Shown here: piece after piece, positions 35,469-40,633 of the stretch
How positions within the stretch are numbered: position 1 is the first letter of the stretch
How the letters are laid out: the number at the start of each line of letters is the position of its first letter
Source of the DNA: Anaeromyxobacteraceae bacterium
GTDB lineage: Bacteria; Myxococcota; Myxococcia; Myxococcales; Anaeromyxobacteraceae
Direction of reading: 5' to 3'
Length of the DNA stretch: 40,633 bases
NCBI GenBank assembly: GCA_036395165.1
Contig: DASWDS010000035.1
Location: forward strand, 1-40,633
Notes under the pieces: model-generated
The model's database searches: none
What the model was told of the DNA's origin: nothing
What the model saw: only the letters and a program-made list of their open reading frames with translations
Made by a program: the position numbers and the translations under genes

Positions 35469-36106
35469 CGTGTCGCTCCGGGCTGGGACGGCGTCGCCCC
35501 AGCTGCCTGGAAAAGCTCCAGATATTGGCCGTAGCCCTCGGCCGCGAGCCGCTCCACCGGCACGAAGCGCAGCGCCGCGGAGTTCATGCAGTAGCGGAGC
35601 CCGGTGGGGGGCGGACCGTCGTCGAACACGTGACCGAGGTGGGAGCCCGCGAGCCTGGAACGCACCTCGGTGCGCGCGAGGAGGAGCTGCCGGTCGGTCC
35701 GCGTCGTGATGTGGGATGGCTCGAGCGGCCGCGTGAAGCTGGGCCAGCCCGTGCCCGAGTCGAACTTGTCGAGCGAGCTGAAGAGCGGCTCACCCGAGAC
35801 GACGTCCACGTAGATGCCGGGCCGGTGATTGTCCCAGTGCTCGTTCCTGAAGGGCGGCTCGGTGCCTTCGCGCTGGGTGACCTGGTACTGCTCGGGGGTG
35901 AGCCGCTTGCGCAGCTCCTCGTCGGACGGCCGCCGGAAGGTCGACATGCTGGTTGCCTCTTGCGCAGCGGGCGGGCTCTTCGGCCCCGCCCCTGGATCCG
36001 CGCGCGGCTGGCAGGCGAGGGCGGCGAGGCAGAGCGCGCAGGCCACGCCGCCTCGAAGGTCCGGACGAGTCCAGTGGTCGAGCGATCGCATCTCCGCCCC
36101 TCTCAT
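35465..36106 (-). CDS. msrB: Peptide methionine (R)-sulfoxide reductase with a lipoprotein-like signal
   Basis: [27 protein letters not shown]; LAALAC lipobox-like motif; no Zn CxxC motifs. Confidence 0.93.
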   Translation of the reverse strand: MRGAEMRSLDHWTRPDLRGGVACALCLAALACQPRADPGAGPKSPPAAQEATSMSTFRRPSDEELRKRLTPEQYQVTQREGTEPPFRNEHWDNHRPGIYVDVVSGEPLFSSLDKFDSGTGWPSFTRPLEPSHITTRTDRQLLLARTEVRSRLAGSHLGHVFDDGPPPTGLRYCMNSAALRFVPVERLAAEGYGQYLELFQAAGATPSQPGATR

Positions 36107-37257
36107 GCGTGCGCGCCGGCGCCGGCGTCCGGCCGGGCGCCGCGCCGCGCCTCGATCGTGGCGAGCAGCTTCGCGAACGGCTCCGCAAAGAGCCGCACCC
36201 CGTCCTCGAGGAGCCGCTCCGTCACGTCGTCGAGCGAGATCCCGAGCGCGGCGAGCTCGGCGATGGCGGCGCGGGCGTCGTCGAGGCCGGCCTCCAGCGT
36301 GGGCGCGACGCGACCGTGGTCGCGGAAAGCGTCGAACGTCGCGGGCGGGACCGTGTCCACCGTCTGCGGCCCGATCAGCTCCTCGACGTACATCACGTCG
36401 CGGTACTGCGGGTCCTTCGTGCTCGTGCTCGCCCAGAGGAGCCGCTGCGGCATCGCTCCACGCGCGCGGAGCCGCTCCCAGGCAGGCGTCGCGACCAGCG
36501 ACCGCCAGTCCTGGTACGCGAGCTTCGCGTTCGCGATCGCGACCCGCCCGCGCAGCGCCCGCGCCCGGGCCCGGGTCACCTCGGACGCGGCGCTCGCCGC
36601 GAGCTCGTCCAGCCGGCGGTCCACCATCGCGTCGATGCGCGACACGAAGAAGCTCGCCACGCTCGCGACGCGCGAGACGTCCTCGCCGCGGCCGATTCGC
36701 TCCTCGAGCGCGGCGACGTGCGCCTCGGCCACCTTCCGGTACACGTCGCGCGCGAAGAGGAGCGTGATGTTCACGTTCACGCCCTCCGCGAGCAGGCGGC
36801 GGATGGAGGGGAGCGCCTCGGGCGTCCCCGGGACCTTGATCATCACGTTCTCGCGCTCGAGCGCGTGCCAGAGCCGGCGCGCCTCGGCGAGCGTCGCGCG
36901 GCCGTCGCGCGCCGCCACCGGCGAGACCTCGAGGCTCACATACCCGTCGCGCCGCTGGGTTCGATCGTAGACGGGCCGGAGCAGGTCGGCCGCCGCCCGG
37001 ATGTCTTCGATCGCGAGCTGTTCGTAGATGCCCTGCGCGTCGAGGTCCCGGCGCGGCAGCAGCGCCGCGAGGCCCGTGTCGTAGTCGTCCGTCCCCGCGA
37101 TGGCCTTCTCGTAGATGGCGGGGTTCGTGGTGAGCCCCTTGAGGCCGTCCTCCTCGATGAAGCGTCCGAGCGCGCCGGAGACGACGATCCCGCGCCGCAG
37201 GCTGTCGTACCAGATGCTCTGCCCGTACCGCTCCAGCTCACGAAGTGGATTTGCCAC
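36103..37257 (-). CDS. tal: Transaldolase (long, type 2)
   Basis: [39 protein letters not shown]; AGGAGG RBS before the GTG. Confidence 0.93.
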   Translation of the reverse strand: MANPLRELERYGQSIWYDSLRRGIVVSGALGRFIEEDGLKGLTTNPAIYEKAIAGTDDYDTGLAALLPRRDLDAQGIYEQLAIEDIRAAADLLRPVYDRTQRRDGYVSLEVSPVAARDGRATLAEARRLWHALERENVMIKVPGTPEALPSIRRLLAEGVNVNITLLFARDVYRKVAEAHVAALEERIGRGEDVSRVASVASFFVSRIDAMVDRRLDELAASAASEVTRARARALRGRVAIANAKLAYQDWRSLVATPAWERLRARGAMPQRLLWASTSTKDPQYRDVMYVEELIGPQTVDTVPPATFDAFRDHGRVAPTLEAGLDDARAAIAELAALGISLDDVTERLLEDGVRLFAEPFAKLLATIEARRGARPDAGAGAHA

Positions 37258-37669
37258 GTGCGGGGTCCTCCTGCGAGACCGCTTCGACCACATCGGTCGC
37301 TCGCGCGGCCGGAGCGCGACCCGAGGCGATCTGTCGTGGGAGTCCTAACGCGAGCGCTGCGCCGCGTCCGCGGGATGGGGCCCCAGGGGCCCGCCCGGAC
37401 GCCCGGCGAGGCCGCGACCCCTGCGGCGACCCTTCGCCCCCACGACCGGGTTGGCCCCATCGCGCGCTCGGCCATTCGCTCCGGAAGATCGCCGGGCGAT
37501 CGTGACTCACCGTGATATCTGGATGCTGGCCTGCTCCACGTGCCGCACGCTGGCGGTCCTCCCGATCGAAGAGGCCGATGCCGCACCGGGTCTTCACCGT
37601 CCGACTGCGCCCCGCACGGGAGGTCATTGCGCGCGGCGCCCCGAGAACGGGGCCGCCTATGTTGGGGCG

Positions 37670-37855
37670 ATGCAAACGGTCGCGAAGGACACCCCAGCTG
37701 CGAAGCAGGCCGAGCCGCGCCGCCTGTCCCGCCTGTTCAAGGTGCTCGTCGTCGGAGGCGCGGTGCTCGCCGCGGCGTATGCCACGGCACTCGGCGGCGG
37801 CACCGGAACGGCCGGGCCCCAGGAGGGAGACGACGGCGGGACGCAGGGCTGGTGA
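37670..37855 (+). CDS. 61-aa peptide with signal-like N-region and Gly/acidic tail ending in GW (candidate precursor peptide)
   Basis: MQTVAKDTPAAKQAEPRRLSRLFKVLVVGGAVLAAAYATALGGGTGTAGPQEGDDGGTQGW; TATGTT 6 nt upstream; GTGA overlap with the next gene. Confidence 0.65.
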   Translation: MQTVAKDTPAAKQAEPRRLSRLFKVLVVGGAVLAAAYATALGGGTGTAGPQEGDDGGTQGW

Positions 37856-38586
37856 TCGGCTCGACGGCCGCAGCCGGCGAGGACCGGGTCCGGCGCTTCG
37901 CTGCGTCGGCGTGGCTCTTCCGCTGGAGGGTCGAGCTGGAGGCCGAGGCGCGTTTCGCGCGCCTCGCCGAGCAGCTGCTCGCGCTCGGCGCGTCCGCTTC
38001 CATCGTGGAGCTCGCGCGCCGCTCGTCGCGCGACGAGCATCGGCACGCGGCGCTCTGTGCCGAGATGGCCGAGGAGCTCGGGGCCGACGTCCGGGTGCGT
38101 CCTTCCGGCGAGGCGCGCGGGATGGCGCCACCCGGGCTCCTGCCGCGGGGGCGCGTCACCTACGAGCTCGTCGCGGCGTGCTGCATCACCGAGACGGAGA
38201 GCATGGCCGTCCTCACGACGCTGCTCGACGCCGCGCGCGGGCCGAGGCTGCGCAGCGTGCTTCGCGAGCTGGCGACCGACGAGGTCCGGCACGCCCGGCT
38301 CGGCTGGGCGCACCTCGCCGGAGAGCACACGGCGGGCGCGACGGCGTTCCTCGCGCCGCTCATCCCGGCCATGCTGCAGGGGAACGCCCCGCCCGACCTG
38401 TTCCAGCCCGTGCCGCCGGAGCGCGACGACGAGGCGCTCCTCGAGCACGGGGTGCTGCCGCACGCGCTCAAGCGGCGGGTGTTCACGCAGACGCTCGAGG
38501 ACGTCGTCTTCCCGGGGCTGGAGGCCTGCGGCGTCGACTCGTGTCCGGCGCGCGCCTGGCTCGAGGCGAAGCGCGCGCGCCCGTGA
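37852..38586 (+). CDS. Ferritin-like diiron-carboxylate protein
   Basis: Ligand pattern E (RVELEA), DEHRH, E (ITETES), DEVRH in a helical protein of 244 aa. Confidence 0.8.
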   Translation: MIGSTAAAGEDRVRRFAASAWLFRWRVELEAEARFARLAEQLLALGASASIVELARRSSRDEHRHAALCAEMAEELGADVRVRPSGEARGMAPPGLLPRGRVTYELVAACCITETESMAVLTTLLDAARGPRLRSVLRELATDEVRHARLGWAHLAGEHTAGATAFLAPLIPAMLQGNAPPDLFQPVPPERDDEALLEHGVLPHALKRRVFTQTLEDVVFPGLEACGVDSCPARAWLEAKRARP

Positions 38587-38637
38587 TCGGGCGCGCAGCG
38601 CACGGTCATCCTCCTCTGGACGGGCCGGGAGCGTCGC

Positions 38638-39861
38638 TCACGCGCCTTTCACCGGGTCGCCGACGCGGAAGTCTCGCACGCGGAGGAGAAGCGCGAGGCA
38701 GAGCCCGATGGCGAACCCGAGGGCGACGTTGTTCAGGCCCAGGCAAGCGCCCGCCGTGAGCAGCATCGTGAAGGCCGAGGCACGATCGGTCTGATCCCGC
38801 GTGACGAGCGCCAGCTCGATACCGCTGAAGCCCAGCATCACGCCGAGCACGCTCGCCGGGAAAGCGCGGCACAGCGACATGAGCGAGGCGCCGAACAGGG
38901 TGGCGATGGTCATCTTCGCCACGCCGAGGAAGAGGATCGAACCGTTGGTGCGAGCGCCGAACCGGTACTGCCCCGCCAGACCACCGGCGCCATGGCACAT
39001 CGGCATCGCCCCGAACCACGCGCCGACGAGGTTCATGAGGCCAACGGAGACGGCCACCCTCCTCGGGGACGCTGGGCGATCGGGGAAGAGGTCGACCGAG
39101 AGCGCGCACACGGCGACGACCGAGTTCAGCGTGGTCAACGGGATCTGCGGCAGGGCCGCCTTCGGGAGGGCGCTGACGAAGGCTGGCCACGTCGGAGGCG
39201 ACCAGCTCGGCAGCGAAAGCCCGAGGTGGAGCGACTGGGCGATCGCCGGCGTCCTCCAGACCGCGAGCGCGAGGCCCGCGGCGAACAGCACGAGGGCCGC
39301 TGGAATCCTCCCAGAAGAGAACAAGGCGAGGACGACGATGGCGGCGACGGCGCCGGTGACGTAGCTGTCGGGCCCGAGCACGACGCCCGTTCCGGCCACC
39401 ATCTGCAGGCCCTTCATGAGCAGCGAGAGGCCGAGCGCGAGCTGGAGGCCGCGAACGACGCTCCTCGGAACGGCCCGGTTCACCCAGTCGATGAGGCCCG
39501 TGACGCCCAGCAGCAGGACGATGGCGCTGACCGTCGCACCGGCGGCGAGGATCTCGGACAGCGAGAGACCTTGCGTCAAGGCCACCGCGGCGATCGCCTT
39601 CATGGGCTGGACCGCCATCGGGATGGAGAAGGTGAGACCCGTGATCAGGCTGAACAGCCCTGCGAAGAAGAGCGCCGTGCCGAAGTCGAGACCGTTCTGG
39701 GCAGCCATCCCCAGCAGCAGGGGCAGGAAGGTCCCCAGGTCACCCAGCGAGCCTGCGATCTCGTGCCGGTTCAGGCGAGCATAGCGGAGCACCCCCGGAA
39801 GGCGGCTCTCCCTGGGACGGTCGCGAACGGCGGCGGGCGTGGCCCTCGTGGTCTCGTGCAT
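38638..39861 (-). CDS. MOT1-family molybdate/sulfate transporter
   Basis: EIAGSLGDLGTFLP, PMAVQPMKAIAA, PQIPLT, PMCHGAGGLAGQYRFGAR. Confidence 0.88.
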   Translation of the reverse strand: MHETTRATPAAVRDRPRESRLPGVLRYARLNRHEIAGSLGDLGTFLPLLLGMAAQNGLDFGTALFFAGLFSLITGLTFSIPMAVQPMKAIAAVALTQGLSLSEILAAGATVSAIVLLLGVTGLIDWVNRAVPRSVVRGLQLALGLSLLMKGLQMVAGTGVVLGPDSYVTGAVAAIVVLALFSSGRIPAALVLFAAGLALAVWRTPAIAQSLHLGLSLPSWSPPTWPAFVSALPKAALPQIPLTTLNSVVAVCALSVDLFPDRPASPRRVAVSVGLMNLVGAWFGAMPMCHGAGGLAGQYRFGARTNGSILFLGVAKMTIATLFGASLMSLCRAFPASVLGVMLGFSGIELALVTRDQTDRASAFTMLLTAGACLGLNNVALGFAIGLCLALLLRVRDFRVGDPVKGA

Positions 39862-39990
39862 TCAGAGGGCGATGGTAACAGCGCCCGGTGTCCCGAGCAC
39901 CCGACAACGCCAAAATGAATCGGGCAAGGACGGAGCCCGCGCGCCCCGTCCCTGCCCGGTCCACCGCGCACTGCTAAAACCAGATCCCTG

Positions 39991-40632
39991 CTACATCGCA
40001 GCCTTGAAGATCTCGACCACCTGCTGGAGCGTCGCCTTGCGGGGATTCGTGAGCTGGCAGGCGTCCTTCTTGGCGTTCTCCGCCATCGTCGCGAGGTCGG
40101 TCTCCTTGACGCCGAGCTCCTTCAGGCCGGCCGGGATGCCGATCGCCTTCGAGAGCTTGCGGATCGCCGCGATGCCCTTGGCGGCGGCGTCGACCGGCGC
40201 GAGCGCGTCGATGTTCTCGCCGAGCGCCACGGCGACCTTGCCGAGCCGGTCCGCGACGGCGATGAGGTTGAACTCGCACACGGCCGGGAGGAGGATCGCG
40301 TTGCACACGCCGTGCGGCAGGTTGTAGAAGCCGCCCAGCTGGTGCGCCATGGCGTGGACGTAGCCGAGGCTGGCGTTGTTGAACGCCATGCCGGCGAGGT
40401 ACTCGGCGTACGCCATCTGGTCCCGGGCTGCGAGGTTCGCGCCGTTCGCCACCGCAGGCTGGAGGTTCTCGGCGATGAGCTCGATGGCCTTGATCGCGCA
40501 GGTATCGGTGATGGGCGTCGCCGCGATCGAGACGTAGGCCTCGACGGCGTGCGTGAGCGCGTCCATGCCGGTCGCGGCGGTGAGGGCCGGCGGCATGCCG
40601 ACCATCAGGACCGGGTCGTTGATCGCGACGTT
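39991..40632 (-). CDS. Iron-containing alcohol dehydrogenase (YiaY/DhaT-like), 5' truncated by the window edge
   Basis: [34 protein letters not shown]; frame open to the window end. Confidence 0.92.
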   Translation of the reverse strand, partial: NVAINDPVLMVGMPPALTAATGMDALTHAVEAYVSIAATPITDTCAIKAIELIAENLQPAVANGANLAARDQMAYAEYLAGMAFNNASLGYVHAMAHQLGGFYNLPHGVCNAILLPAVCEFNLIAVADRLGKVAVALGENIDALAPVDAAAKGIAAIRKLSKAIGIPAGLKELGVKETDLATMAENAKKDACQLTNPRKATLQQVVEIFKAAM

Positions 40633-40633
40633 C

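Noticed and set aside
37451-37669. Upstream extension of the peptide ORF, including MLACSTC
   Set aside because: No RBS and low-complexity composition; the TATGTT-N6-ATG signal favours the 37670 start. It cannot be fully excluded.
37715-37741. Twin-arginine (Tat) signal in the small peptide
   Set aside because: RRLSRLFK does not match the S/T-R-R-x-F-L-K spacing; treated only as a generic basic N-region.
37540-37851. N-terminal extension of the ferritin-like ORF to 348 aa
   Set aside because: Arg/Gly-rich shadow of the peptide gene; the GTG at 37852 overlapping the peptide stop is the more plausible start.

Overview
Very GC-rich bacterial chromosomal segment. It is most consistent with a myxobacterium such as Anaeromyxobacter (inference from a TIGR04563-type small protein and a deltaproteobacterial-type Fur box). 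No tRNA, rRNA, CRISPR array, transposase or phage genes were recognised. In order, the window holds: the 3' end of a GH94/cyclic beta-1,2-glucan synthase-type gene; a DUF190-CBS fusion preceded by an antisense-oriented fluoride riboswitch; an EamA transporter; a front-end-type desaturase; a Fur-boxed operon (outer-membrane barrel, feoA, feoA, feoB, Cys-rich peptide) divergent from bfd-fur; cspA; a TetR divergent from a ferredoxin reductase/acyl-CoA desaturase pair with four TTAC-N6-GTAA operators; several small hypothetical genes; a PAS hybrid kinase divergent from a Cache-GGDEF cyclase; aceE-aceF (no lpd), with a palindromic repeat translated inside aceF; an AraR-like regulator/HAD/YgjV-like trio; a histidine phosphatase; a tetronate catabolic cluster (MFS, denD, ltnD, otnK, otnC, otnI); tal-msrB-msrA; a MOT1 transporter; and a partial iron-dependent alcohol dehydrogenase. 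The best candidate for an undescribed system is a 61-aa signal-peptide-like, Gly/acidic peptide ending in GW that overlaps the start of a ferritin-like diiron enzyme gene (37670-38586), a RiPP-like precursor/modifier pair. All family calls come from motif recognition by eye; no database searches were run.
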